Of a stretch of 64,000 bases of DNA, positions 1 to 9,891 are shown piece after piece. This stretch comes from Nitrosopumilus sp. Lineage in GTDB: Archaea; Thermoproteota; Nitrososphaeria; Nitrososphaerales; Nitrosopumilaceae. Both the position numbers and the translations under genes were made by a program. The stretch spans positions 256,001 to 320,000 of the forward strand of contig OZ244651.1 in the NCBI GenBank assembly GCA_965218695.1, in the 5' to 3' direction. Numbering within the stretch: the stretch's first letter is position 1; each line of letters begins with the position of its first letter. Under the pieces are notes generated by a model, which did not search any database, was not told the DNA's origin, and worked only from the letters and a program-made list of their open reading frames with translations.

Positions 1-53
1 GATATCCCTATTACCATGCTGATAATGCCCACTAGTATGAGGATTCTGTTCAT
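1..53 (-). CDS. N-terminus of a probable membrane/secreted protein (partial, runs off the window)
   Basis: ATG at 53 overlaps the stop of the upstream methyltransferase (ATGA); reads MNRILILVGIISMVIGI (hydrophobic). Confidence 0.6.
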   Translation of the reverse strand, partial: MNRILILVGIISMVIGI

Positions 54-781
54 TTATGCGCAGCGACTATTACTGCCCCGCCCATAAGATCCTTATCAAA
101 TTCCACCCTTGAGAACTTTTCAAGCAAAAGACCCTCGAGCTTTCTGTTCTGGGGCCATCTCTTGAACGTGTCATACAGCGCGCCAAACTTCAGTCCTAGC
201 CTGCCTCCTGCAAGAAACGCCAGTACCGGAAGTATGAATCTCAGATAGAACGAGACTCCTGCCCTGACAAATGCCCGGTCCGGCTTTCCCAGGTCGACTA
301 TGACCAGCCTGCCGCCATCCTTGAGTACCCTGTGTATCTCTGATATTGCAGTCCTGAGCCTTATTGCATCCCTCAGCGAATATCCGCACAGTACCGCATC
401 AAACTCCCCGTCCCTGAACGGCATGTGCTCAAAGACCCCGTTTGCCATATCCGGCGGCTCCTCAAAGAACGCGCCTGTATTTCTGAGCATGGGGACCAGC
501 GGATCATAAAGCGTCACTGAGATCCGGCCGCCTGTAAGATCAACTGCAGTCTTTGACATGTTCCCAAAACCGGATCCGGCGTCAAGAATTCTGTCTCCCG
601 GATGCACCCTGTCTGAGATCCCCATGTTCCTGTGTTTGGCATCCCTCCCAAGGGATATGATCGAGTTTACCTTGTCATAGACTGGGATGATCTCCTCTAG
701 TACCTTGATGACTGTCCCCCATTGGCCCCCAAGTCCCAAACTATCTGCCATCAAACTCCCATCCGGACAGTTCAGATCCAA
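50..781 (-). CDS. Class I SAM-dependent methyltransferase, UbiE/MenG-like
   Basis: ILDAGSGFG SAM motif, MPFRDGEFDAV, EIHRVLKDGGRLVIVD; true start probably MADSLG at 751. Confidence 0.85.
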   Translation of the reverse strand: MDLNCPDGSLMADSLGLGGQWGTVIKVLEEIIPVYDKVNSIISLGRDAKHRNMGISDRVHPGDRILDAGSGFGNMSKTAVDLTGGRISVTLYDPLVPMLRNTGAFFEEPPDMANGVFEHMPFRDGEFDAVLCGYSLRDAIRLRTAISEIHRVLKDGGRLVIVDLGKPDRAFVRAGVSFYLRFILPVLAFLAGGRLGLKFGALYDTFKRWPQNRKLEGLLLEKFSRVEFDKDLMGGAVIVAAHK

Positions 782-786
782 AACTC

Positions 787-1509
787 TTATGCGGCAAATC
801 TTGATGCGTTTCCGGAGTGGTTCTGCAGATCCGAGTCTGGGATCCTTTCAAACAGTCCGCCATCTGATGTTATTTTTGCCATCTTGATGTGACTGACATC
901 GTCTTTCTGCTCTGACTTGAGGTTTATTGCCGCAATGGCAAGGGACACTGCATCATCCATGTTCATCTCCGGGCTGTAGAACTTTTCGAGAAATTCGTTG
1001 ACGTCGTCAGAACCTGCGCCTATTGCCACTGCTGCATACTGGACATACGTTCCGCTTGGGTCAGTCACGTATATCGAGATGCCCTTTTGATCGACTCCTG
1101 CAATGATTAGTGATACCCCGTTTGGGCGGACTCCTGAGTACTGTGTAAACTGGTGAGACTGATCTGCAAGATGCTTGGCCACCGTGGCAACCTCGACTGA
1201 TTCGTCATATGTCATCCTGGTTCCCTGCGAGAAGAACCTTGCATTGTCCACCTGTACGCGTGCATCCGGAATGTAGCCGGCAGCTGCCACCCCTATGTGG
1301 TGATCCACCTGAAATATCTTTTGTGTGATACCCCTTGTCTGAAGGGTTCTTGGCTTCTCCTCGACTGCTATTATCACTCCCTGGCTGGTGACTACCCCGA
1401 TGGCCAGGGTTCCCCTCTTTACAGTCTCGATGGCGTATTCCACCTGATATATCCTGCCGTCTGGCGAATACATTGTAGGTGTCATGTCGTAGCCGCGTGA
1501 TGCCATCAT
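787..1509 (-). CDS. psmA: Archaeal 20S proteasome alpha subunit
   Basis: YDMTPTMYSPDGRIYQVEYA alpha-subunit N-terminal signature; GVRPNGVSLIIAG; TDPSG. Confidence 0.97.
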   Translation of the reverse strand: MMASRGYDMTPTMYSPDGRIYQVEYAIETVKRGTLAIGVVTSQGVIIAVEEKPRTLQTRGITQKIFQVDHHIGVAAAGYIPDARVQVDNARFFSQGTRMTYDESVEVATVAKHLADQSHQFTQYSGVRPNGVSLIIAGVDQKGISIYVTDPSGTYVQYAAVAIGAGSDDVNEFLEKFYSPEMNMDDAVSLAIAAINLKSEQKDDVSHIKMAKITSDGGLFERIPDSDLQNHSGNASRFAA

Positions 1510-1710
1510 GTCATAAAATCTCCGTTCTAAGTTAATTTAAGGGTAATTATACAGCATGTTCCTGCCTCCGTGTCAGGACGGTGCCTGTTCTGGCATGCCC
1601 TCCCTGATTCATGCCGTTCTTGCCGAATCGGTGCCTGGTAGAATTCTGTCTGATGTGGATGACACCATTTCATATTTTGCCCATCGGAGTATCAAATATG
1701 GATGCGATAT

Positions 1711-3002
1711 CAGTCTTCCCAGAAGTAGCTCAGGGTAGCACCGGCGGCGGGGGCTCCGGCGGCTCTTTGTAGCCAAATACGATCAGCAACAGCAGCATGT
1801 CCCTGAGATCCTGTTGGGTGATCGGGGGATCCGTGGGATAAATCCCGGTAACGTGCATCAGCGTTGCGTTTGCCATTACCCAAGCGTTAAAGACGGCTAC
1901 AGAGTACACAAAGCACAAAAGTCGCGCCATCGGGTTCTTGCTGTGCGTCTTGGCCCTTGTGTTTTCTATCATCCGGTATCCAGTCTCTATGCCCCACCTG
2001 TTCCCGTACGAGTCCGGATCCACGTCGGGGACGTTGGTGGCAAACCCGATGTATTTCTCGTGCGGCAGCAGCTCGTCGTCGTCCTTTCTTTTCTTCCTCT
2101 TCTTCCTTTCTGTGATGGTCATCGTATACGACACCTCCCTGCCATCTCCCCCGACGATGACGGATTTGGAGACGCGGCCGCGCCTGCCTGTAGCAAACTC
2201 TGCGATGGCATCCACCACAGTATCCGTATTCTTGCATGGTATCAGATATTTGATGCCCATGTCCCCAAGCGTCCCCATTACGTCTGCCGTAAAGAACTCC
2301 CTGTCCAGCATCGCCATTCCGATGCAGGCCCCCACGTCCCGTGCAGAGCCGATGATTTTACGCACGAAATCGGCAGTATCCTCAAGTGACGGCATGTTCA
2401 GGACGCCTAACACGAGGCGAAGGTTCTGAACCGTGGACTGTATCGTGATGTACCTCTCAAAGACGTGTGTCCCGTCCTTGGCCTTTGAGCGCACCAGTTC
2501 TGCCCCGTAGCTCTTGTCGTATCTGGGTATCAGGTGCATGTCGATTGCCAAGTCAATCTCCTGGTCTTTCTTGAGCAGTCTCATCTTGCGCATCTGGTCA
2601 AGCTGCAGGACGACTGTCTTGGCAAAGCATTTGTAGACGTCGCTGCCACGCGTCCGGGATGCCGCATCGCGCATCCACTCATCACTTGGGCGTGAGTCCC
2701 CGTCTGCACCGCCGATTCTCTTGGAGGACCTGGTGCATCCGGCCACCTGCCTGCCGTGCGCACATGCGCCTGCCATGCTTCTGTGAAAATCCTCGGTGCC
2801 GTAGATGGCATTGTGCCTGTGTGAGACCATGATGCACGGGGACATGCCTGCCCCTACCGTGTCCAGAACATCTTGATATATGCGTGGGTTGTTAAGCAAG
2901 TCGCGTCTCAGTTGGTTCATTGGTAGTTCGATGACCTTCTGAGATTGCCCTAATTGATCTGTTTTGATTTTGGGCTGTTTTCAGGTACTTCTGGGAAGAC
3001 TG
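1711..3002 (-). mobile_element. ISH3-type (IS4-like) insertion sequence, copy A1, 1292 bp
   Basis: Perfect 17-bp TIR CAGTCTTCCCAGAAGTA; 5-bp TSD GATAT (1706-1710, 3003-3007); same length, ends and protein as 56599-57890. Confidence 0.95.
1730..2920 (-). CDS. ISH3/IS4-like DDE transposase (396 aa)
   Basis: LAIDMH, MLDREFF and YGNRWGIETGYR (Y-R-E motif). Confidence 0.92.
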   Translation of the reverse strand: MNQLRRDLLNNPRIYQDVLDTVGAGMSPCIMVSHRHNAIYGTEDFHRSMAGACAHGRQVAGCTRSSKRIGGADGDSRPSDEWMRDAASRTRGSDVYKCFAKTVVLQLDQMRKMRLLKKDQEIDLAIDMHLIPRYDKSYGAELVRSKAKDGTHVFERYITIQSTVQNLRLVLGVLNMPSLEDTADFVRKIIGSARDVGACIGMAMLDREFFTADVMGTLGDMGIKYLIPCKNTDTVVDAIAEFATGRRGRVSKSVIVGGDGREVSYTMTITERKKRKKRKDDDELLPHEKYIGFATNVPDVDPDSYGNRWGIETGYRMIENTRAKTHSKNPMARLLCFVYSVAVFNAWVMANATLMHVTGIYPTDPPITQQDLRDMLLLLIVFGYKEPPEPPPPVLP

Positions 3003-3052
3003 GATATGGAAATAGAGTTTTAAGGGAAATCGATGTTACTATATAATATACA

Positions 3053-3436
3053 ATGGCCGATCAGCTCTTAGAATTTCGAAGGATAATCCAATCAAGAACA
3101 CCCCCCGCATCTCGCAAGCCAGACAAGCAAACCAGAAAGCTGCTTCTGTATCTGTTTACCAGTACCAGGGGGGGATTCACAAGAATGCGAATCATCATAC
3201 TTTTGATTGACCGTCCCTACAACACCCACCAGCTTGCAAAGGAGCTTGGCATTGACTACAAGGCAGTCCAGCATCACATGAAGGTGCTTGAAAAGAACAG
3301 CATGGTATCAAGGATCGGGGAAAAATACGGTGCAATATTCCACCTCTCAAACCTGCTTGAGACCAACTTGGCTGCCCTTGATGAGGCAATCTATAAACTT
3401 CACCAAAAAATGAATCACAAAAAAGTCTATATCTGA
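3053..3436 (+). CDS. ArsR-like winged-helix transcriptional regulator
   Basis: TRGGFTRMRIIILLIDRPYNTHQLAKELGIDYKAVQHHMKVLE wHTH; TTTTAAG TATA-like box at ~3018. Confidence 0.85.
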   Translation: MADQLLEFRRIIQSRTPPASRKPDKQTRKLLLYLFTSTRGGFTRMRIIILLIDRPYNTHQLAKELGIDYKAVQHHMKVLEKNSMVSRIGEKYGAIFHLSNLLETNLAALDEAIYKLHQKMNHKKVYI

Positions 3437-3735
3437 TACGACTGTACAACAACTCAGACACAACCGTTCAGACATGTCCTTGCGTGCGTTGGATTTTCTG
3501 GCACGCATCAAATCTGTTCGTCTGGTCTGCGCATCAAATCATTGGCATGACCGCTCTACACTGGCTCCTATCTGGCAGACTATATCCTTTGAGAATATCT
3601 GTCAGTCATTTGTCTCTGACTGCATGACAGAACCGACGCCAGCGTACAGATGATACAAGCAGATGCCTGTTCCTTGACGATTCAAGCTCGATACCGTTTT
3701 GCCGATTTTACAAAAACCCCAAACCCACAGTGCGC

Positions 3736-3785
3736 ACTCGTCCAATACAATTCTGGGCACGAATTTGCAATGAATTATGCCTGTG
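3736..3785 (+). repeat. Dispersed intergenic repeat family 1, copy 1
   Basis: 47/50 identical to 18198-18247. Confidence 0.85.
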
Positions 3786-3853
3786 TCTAAGGAGACTGAG
3801 TGTGTACAAACCCACGACATATTTGGTTTATATAGGACGGATGTCTGTGAGAA

Positions 3854-5137
3854 ATGATATATTTGGTCAAGGCAGATCCTTTTGCAAATGCCACGCAGCA
3901 GGTAAATGACGCATGTGACATACTTGAAATTTCAGATGATGGGCTGCGTCAGTATCTGGCAATGCCAAACAAGGTACTGAGGGTAAAGATTCCCGTGAAG
4001 ATGGATGATGGAAGCATCAGGATATTTACCGGCTTTCGAAGCCAGCACAATAACGACAGGGGCCCATACAAGGGTGGTATTCGATACTTTGATCCAAAAG
4101 GCGGTGTCGAGTATATGGAACGCGAGGTCATGGCCCTGTCCTCATGGATGACATGGAAGTGTGCAATAGTCGATGTTCCCCTAGGTGGTGGCAAGGGTGC
4201 AATATACGTAAACCCCAAGACTGAAAAACTCAGTGACGGCGAGATGGAGAGGCTTACACGTGGATTTGCCTACAAGATCTCCGAGATAATAGGACCAGAA
4301 AAGGACATTCCCGCCCCCGATGTCTACACCACCGGTCGGGAGATGACTCAGATTATGGATACATTTTCCAAACTAAACGGCAACAAGTACTCCCCTGGAG
4401 TCATTACCGGAAAGCCAATCTCCATGGGTGGATCACTTGCACGAAATGTGGCTACAGGATTGGGTACTGCATACACGGTACGGGAGGCTGCAAAGACGCT
4501 GAAACTGAACCTGAAAGGCACCAAGGTCGTACTTCAGGGGTTTGGAAACGCGTCGACATTTGCAGGCATCTATCTTGAAAAGATGGGCGCAAAGGTGATT
4601 GCGGTCAGCGACTCTAGGGGCGCTATATCCATTCCAAGAGGAGCAAAGGTTGAGAAGATTCTTGAACACAAGCAAAAGACAGGCTCTGTAGTCGGCTACC
4701 GCGGCAGCAAGGGTATCACAACCGAACAACTGCTTACTACAAAATGTGACGTTTTGGTTCCAGGCGCACTGGAGAATCAAATTAATGCCAAAATTGCAAG
4801 GAATCTTCAATGCAAGATTATTGCCGAGGCGGCAAACGGGCCCACACTCCCGGAGGCTGATCCAATAATATACAAAAACAACATCCTGATAATACCTGAC
4901 ATTCTTGCCAACTCCGGCGGCGTCTGCATCTCCTATCTGGAATGGGTACAGAACAACATGGGTTATTACTGGTCGTTTGATGATGTGGCAAGCAAGATGG
5001 AAAAGAACATCACTGCCGGTTTCAAGGATGCATACGCCCTATCCAAAAAGCACAAAATTGACATGAGAAAGGCTACAATGGTTCTTGCAGTGTCCAGAGT
5101 TCTTGAGGCATTCAACCAGAAGGGCATCTGGCCATAA
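3854..5137 (+). CDS. gdhA: Glutamate dehydrogenase (Glu/Leu/Phe/Val dehydrogenase family)
   Basis: RGPYKGGIRY, LGGGKG, DIPAPDV, QGFGN, AEAANGP, PDILANSGGV, EWVQN. Confidence 0.95.
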   Translation: MIYLVKADPFANATQQVNDACDILEISDDGLRQYLAMPNKVLRVKIPVKMDDGSIRIFTGFRSQHNNDRGPYKGGIRYFDPKGGVEYMEREVMALSSWMTWKCAIVDVPLGGGKGAIYVNPKTEKLSDGEMERLTRGFAYKISEIIGPEKDIPAPDVYTTGREMTQIMDTFSKLNGNKYSPGVITGKPISMGGSLARNVATGLGTAYTVREAAKTLKLNLKGTKVVLQGFGNASTFAGIYLEKMGAKVIAVSDSRGAISIPRGAKVEKILEHKQKTGSVVGYRGSKGITTEQLLTTKCDVLVPGALENQINAKIARNLQCKIIAEAANGPTLPEADPIIYKNNILIIPDILANSGGVCISYLEWVQNNMGYYWSFDDVASKMEKNITAGFKDAYALSKKHKIDMRKATMVLAVSRVLEAFNQKGIWP

Positions 5138-5234
5138 TAATAGCCGAATATACCTGTCAGTTGCGAATCCTGAACCATACGTCGGTCTACCTCGGTACAC
5201 CAGCACATATTAGGAATAACTGGCCATACCTTGT

Positions 5235-5915
5235 GTGATGTCCCGCGTACTGCTTGTACAGAACACGCGCGCCGAGGGCTCAGGACATTTGGGCCGGTTG
5301 CTTGCCGATGACGGATTTGATACCGTCTCAATAAATGCAAAACGTGATCCAATCCCGGACGCGGATTTTGCCCTTGTCGTCATACTGGGGGCACCGGAGA
5401 GTGCAAACGACGATCTGCCGTACCTTCATGCAGAGCAGAACCTGATAAGGGATTCTGTCGACCACGACATCCCTGTTCTGGGGATCTGTCTGGGCTCGCA
5501 GCTCATTGCCAGGGCCCTTGGCGGGAGCGTGTACCGGGGGCCAAGGACCGAGATCGGCTTTTACAGCGATCTGAAGACAAGTAGCGATTCGCCGCTGTTT
5601 TCAGGATTTGAAGACCCGTTTACCGTCTTTCACTGGCATAGGGATACCTTTGATCTGCCTGAAGGCGCGCTCAGGCTTGCATCATCTGAGTACTATCCAA
5701 ACCAGGCATTCCAGTACAGGTGCGCGGTGGGAGTACAGTTCCATTTGGAGGTAGATGCCAGGATGGTCAATCTCTGGCTTGACAACTTCCAGAGGCATTC
5801 TGCAGGAACCCTGGATATACAGCGGATTCGGATGGATGTGGATGAACAGATTCAAACCGTCCACTCAAACATGAACCTGTTCTATGACAACTTCAAATCG
5901 ACGTTTGGGCTGTAA
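5235..5915 (+). CDS. Type 1 glutamine amidotransferase (GMP-synthase-like GATase domain)
   Basis: PVLGICLGSQL nucleophile motif, FHWHRDTFDLP, QFHLE. Confidence 0.9.
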   Translation: MMSRVLLVQNTRAEGSGHLGRLLADDGFDTVSINAKRDPIPDADFALVVILGAPESANDDLPYLHAEQNLIRDSVDHDIPVLGICLGSQLIARALGGSVYRGPRTEIGFYSDLKTSSDSPLFSGFEDPFTVFHWHRDTFDLPEGALRLASSEYYPNQAFQYRCAVGVQFHLEVDARMVNLWLDNFQRHSAGTLDIQRIRMDVDEQIQTVHSNMNLFYDNFKSTFGL

Positions 5916-6082
5916 TCTGCATCATGACACCTGTTCTGCATATTGCTGTGTCTGCATGGGATTGTTATGTTGTGTCAGATGATCCCTGCATGACGTGCAT
6001 CCTGGTAGCCGGTTCGTGATTCCTGACGGTTCTAGATGATTTCTGGAATCCTGCAGACTCGCCGGCAGCTCCCGAATATGTC

Positions 6083-7514
6083 TGTGGGATCCCGAAAGTA
6101 GTTCGCCCCCCTCCAAGACTTGGAGGTACTTCCATGTTTGATGTTGCCGGCTGTTGCATAATTGTCTTGTGTTGGATCCTGCGTCCGGAATCATGAATTT
6201 TTGTCATTTCCACTCCACGCATGGCGACTTTCAAAAAATTGTGCGCAACATCCCCCAGGATGGGGCGCGGTTGTGACGTCGTGCCGGACAGCTATTCTGC
6301 GCGGTATTCCTCACCGGTCTGGCCGTCCACTACCATCTCTCCTGCAGGGGGCATCTTTCTTTCGAATGCCTGCGCCGGGGTCTCGAGGTTGTCCCAGTCA
6401 AGGGACATGTGCGGCCGGTCGTGGTTGTACCACTCCATGAACCGCTCCACGGGATCCTTTGCTGGCGCGGTGCAAAACGGCCCTCCAACGTGGGAATCCC
6501 CTGAGGCGCCGCGCCTGGTCTTGGCAGAAGATGCCGCCTCGAACCGGCGCAGCTTGCGCTGCATCTCCCCGTGCAGGCGCTCCAGCTTGCCGTTGGTTTG
6601 GGGGTGCCGCACGCGCGCCAGTATGTGCCTGATTCCAAGCTCGACTAGCCTCTGCTCGAACCTGGAGGCTCCCTTCTTCTTGACCTCGGATTCCGTGGCA
6701 TAGAACTGGGCGCCGCGGTCAGTCAGGATCGATGCGGGCTTGCCGTAATTTTTTATGGCCTCGTCGAGCACCTTCAGGGCGTTTTCGGTTGTCGCCTCCT
6801 CAAATACCCCAAATCCGGTCACGAAGCGCGAGGCGTCGTCTTCATAGCACAGGAACCACCTGCCGTCGTCAAGCTGTTTGTAGTCTGTGTGCCACATCGA
6901 GTTGGAGTGCTCGCGCTCGTAGCGGATCCACTTGCGGCGCTGGCTCTTCCTTGGCTGGGTGTCTGCAAAATCGGCATCCTTCAATATCCTGTGCAGGACG
7001 TTGTGTGGGATATGTATTCCTGTAAGCGACTTTATGATGCGCTCCAGGGACGCTGCCCCGTGGACTGCAGTGGACGCAGCCGATAAAACCGCCGAATGAT
7101 CCCGCCTCCCGGGCGCGCACTTTTTGGGCCTGCCCATGGGAGCAGGATACGCGATCCGATCCTTGTCCCTGTACCTCTTCCACAGCTTTTGGACCCAGCG
7201 GACCGACACTCCCATGCTTGCTGCAATCTCTTTGTTGCGGGAATTCTTGCGCTTTTCTTGTATGATCCATTCGACTTTGGACTGGTCAAGCTTTTTCATC
7301 ACTCGCACTCTCCGTCTTCCTATATGACGCCACACGGCCGAGCGTCTCCACCGACGGGAAACCCACACACCGTCGTTTCTGGTAAGGGACAGGCTGACTG
7401 CATTTCCCAGTAATCTTGCACGCGATGCCATGCCGCGGATAATGTCCTTCATTGGGCATGTCCACCCCGGGCCGGAGCCTCATGTGGGGGGTGAACAACT
7501 TTCGGGACTATACA
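6083..7514 (-). mobile_element. IS481-family insertion sequence
   Basis: TGT...ACA ends with ~29-bp imperfect TIR (TGTGGGATCCCGAAAGTAGTTCGCCCCCC vs TGTATAGTCCCGAAAGTTGTTCACCCCCC); 15-bp TSD GCTCCCGAATATGTC (6068-6082, 7515-7529). Confidence 0.9.
6292..7299 (-). CDS. IS481-family transposase (HTH plus integrase core)
   Basis: WHTDYK, DDASRF, ILTDRGAQF, HPQTNGKLERLH, YNHDRPHMSL; likely start MKKLDQ at 7299 (ORF track extends to 7452). Confidence 0.9.
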   Translation of the reverse strand: MKKLDQSKVEWIIQEKRKNSRNKEIAASMGVSVRWVQKLWKRYRDKDRIAYPAPMGRPKKCAPGRRDHSAVLSAASTAVHGAASLERIIKSLTGIHIPHNVLHRILKDADFADTQPRKSQRRKWIRYEREHSNSMWHTDYKQLDDGRWFLCYEDDASRFVTGFGVFEEATTENALKVLDEAIKNYGKPASILTDRGAQFYATESEVKKKGASRFEQRLVELGIRHILARVRHPQTNGKLERLHGEMQRKLRRFEAASSAKTRRGASGDSHVGGPFCTAPAKDPVERFMEWYNHDRPHMSLDWDNLETPAQAFERKMPPAGEMVVDGQTGEEYRAE

Positions 7515-7572
7515 GCTCCCGAATATGTCCACACAAGTTTAATATAATGAACTTTAGCCTCATCGGTATATC

Positions 7573-9687
7573 ATGCCTGATGTCAAGACGATATTCGAGG
7601 AGACCATCCAGACAGACCACAAGATTATCACCGAGGAACTCTCAAAATCCATTCTCAAAGAATATGGTGTCAAGGTTCCCCCCTTTGCGCTTGTGACATC
7701 CGAGGCAGATGCTGTAAAAAAGGCCAAGAAGATCGGCTTTCCGCTGGTAATGAAGGTGGTATCACCTCAGATACTCCACAAGACTGATGTCGGCGGAGTC
7801 AAGGTGGGAATAGACAATATCGGAGATGTAAAAAAGACATTCAACGACATGTATGGTAGGCTCTCAAAGAAAAAGGGCGTAAACGTCAAGGGAATCCTTC
7901 TTGAAAAGATGGTTCCAAAGGGCGTGGAACTAATAGTGGGAATCCAAAACGATCCGCAGTTTGGCCCGGTAATAATGGTCGGACTCGGGGGAATCATGAC
8001 CGAAGTAATGAAGGATGTCGCATTCAGAATGCTCCCAATCACAACATCTGATGCAAGGTCCATGCTAAACGAGTTAAAGGGCTCGCAACTTCTCAAGGGA
8101 TTCAGGGGAAGTGATCCTGTTGATCTTGGAATGGTCGCCGGCATGCTGGCCAGCATTGGAAAACTGGGCGTGGAGAATGCAGACTATATCAACAGCATCG
8201 ACTTTAATCCCGTGGTGGTATACCCAAAGTCCCACTATGTCGTTGACGCAAAGATCATCCTAAATGATGCTGTAAAAAAGAACTCTATCTCAAAGGCAAA
8301 GCCAAACAAGGATCACATGGAGAAGTTCTTTACGCCAAGATCAGTCGCGCTCGTGGGAGCCTCCACAAGCAAGGGCAAAATTGGAAACTCCATACTAGAC
8401 AGCCTTGTAAACTACGACTACAAGGGGGAGGTGTACCCAATCAATCCCAAGGCAGACAAGATATTTGGGAAAAAGTGCTATCCGTCGGTTGCAGATATTC
8501 CCGGCGATGTTGATCTCGTAGTCGTCTCAGTAGACCTCTCAATCACGCCCCCCATCCTGAAGGACTGTGCCAAAAAGGGGGTTCACAGCGTGGTGATAGT
8601 CTCCGGCGGTGGTAAGGAGCTCGGCGGAAAACGGGCCGCGTATGAGGCAGAGATCAAGCGACTGTCTGCAAAGTACAACATCCGAATCATAGGACCAAAC
8701 TGTATCGGAATGTTCAATGCTGCAAACAGACTTGACTGTGCGTTTCAGGGACAGGAGAGGATGATACGTGCAAAACTGGGCACTGTTGCACTGCTCTCCC
8801 AAAGCGGAACCATGGGAATCAGCTTTTTGGAGACTGCCGATGCATTCGGACTCTCAAAGATGGTAAGCTATGGAAACCGTTCTGATGTGGACGAGGCAGA
8901 CATGATATGGTACCTTGCAAACGATCCCCAGACCAGCGTGATCCTACTCTACGTCGAGGGATTCGGAGACGGAAGAAAATTCATCAATACTGCAAAGCGC
9001 GTAATGAAGGAGACAAAGAAACCTGTTGTCATATGGAAGAGCGGCAGGACCGCACTTGGCGCAAAACAGGCCGCATCGCACACCGGCTCCCTTGGGGGTT
9101 CAAATGCAATAATAATGGGTGCCTTCAAGCAGGCTGGAATCATCTCTGTTGACAGTTATCAGGAGCTAGCAGCTGTTGCAAAGGCACTTACCTGGCAGCC
9201 GGGCGCAAGGGGCAACCGGGCTGCAATGACAAGCAACGGTGCGGGCCCGATGATTGGGGCAATTGACCACTTTGACAGAATGGGGCTGAGGCTTGCCAAG
9301 GTTACCTCAAAGTCACTCAAGCACATGAAGGAGCATTTTCCGCCAACCTACGTGATAGGCAAGGGCAATCCTGCTGATGTTACAGGCGGCGCCAGTGCCG
9401 AGGACTATCAGTTTGTAATCAAGACTTTCATGGACGATCCAAACGTGGACATTGTAATGCCATGGTTCGTATTCCAAGACGATCCGCTTGATGAGGTAAT
9501 CATTGATTATCTGGCAGATTTCTCCAATGAGAAGAGCAAGCCTGTTCTTGTCGGGGGAAACGGCGGACCATACACGCAGAAGGTCTCGCGTCTCGTTGAG
9601 GCAAGAGGCGTTCCAGTCTATGACGATCTGCGGGACTGGGTGGCAGCTGCGTCCGCGCTTGCCCACTGGGGAAAAATCTCAAAATAG
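7573..9687 (+). CDS. 3-hydroxypropionate--CoA ligase (ADP-forming), 3HP/4HB cycle, Nmar_1309-type
   Basis: Fused beta-alpha acetate-CoA-ligase architecture (HKTDVGGV; GPNCIG; ASHTGSL phospho-His); N-terminus matches my recollection of Nmar_1309; near the dehydratase at 16497. Confidence 0.85.
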   Translation: MPDVKTIFEETIQTDHKIITEELSKSILKEYGVKVPPFALVTSEADAVKKAKKIGFPLVMKVVSPQILHKTDVGGVKVGIDNIGDVKKTFNDMYGRLSKKKGVNVKGILLEKMVPKGVELIVGIQNDPQFGPVIMVGLGGIMTEVMKDVAFRMLPITTSDARSMLNELKGSQLLKGFRGSDPVDLGMVAGMLASIGKLGVENADYINSIDFNPVVVYPKSHYVVDAKIILNDAVKKNSISKAKPNKDHMEKFFTPRSVALVGASTSKGKIGNSILDSLVNYDYKGEVYPINPKADKIFGKKCYPSVADIPGDVDLVVVSVDLSITPPILKDCAKKGVHSVVIVSGGGKELGGKRAAYEAEIKRLSAKYNIRIIGPNCIGMFNAANRLDCAFQGQERMIRAKLGTVALLSQSGTMGISFLETADAFGLSKMVSYGNRSDVDEADMIWYLANDPQTSVILLYVEGFGDGRKFINTAKRVMKETKKPVVIWKSGRTALGAKQAASHTGSLGGSNAIIMGAFKQAGIISVDSYQELAAVAKALTWQPGARGNRAAMTSNGAGPMIGAIDHFDRMGLRLAKVTSKSLKHMKEHFPPTYVIGKGNPADVTGGASAEDYQFVIKTFMDDPNVDIVMPWFVFQDDPLDEVIIDYLADFSNEKSKPVLVGGNGGPYTQKVSRLVEARGVPVYDDLRDWVAAASALAHWGKISK

Positions 9688-9891
9688 ACATCATCATGCC
9701 AAAGAGGATCCTGAATACCGCATGAGTGCCGTTCACGCCACTATCCAATGCAGTATTTATGCGACATCCGCGTAACGGGGTTGTGAGAAAAACCGGCACG
9801 CGCAGACGTGTCATTTACGCGAGTATCTCTGCGGTGCTTGCAGCAACTGCAATACTGCTGGCTGTTATCAATGTCCCGCCTACCTGTACTG

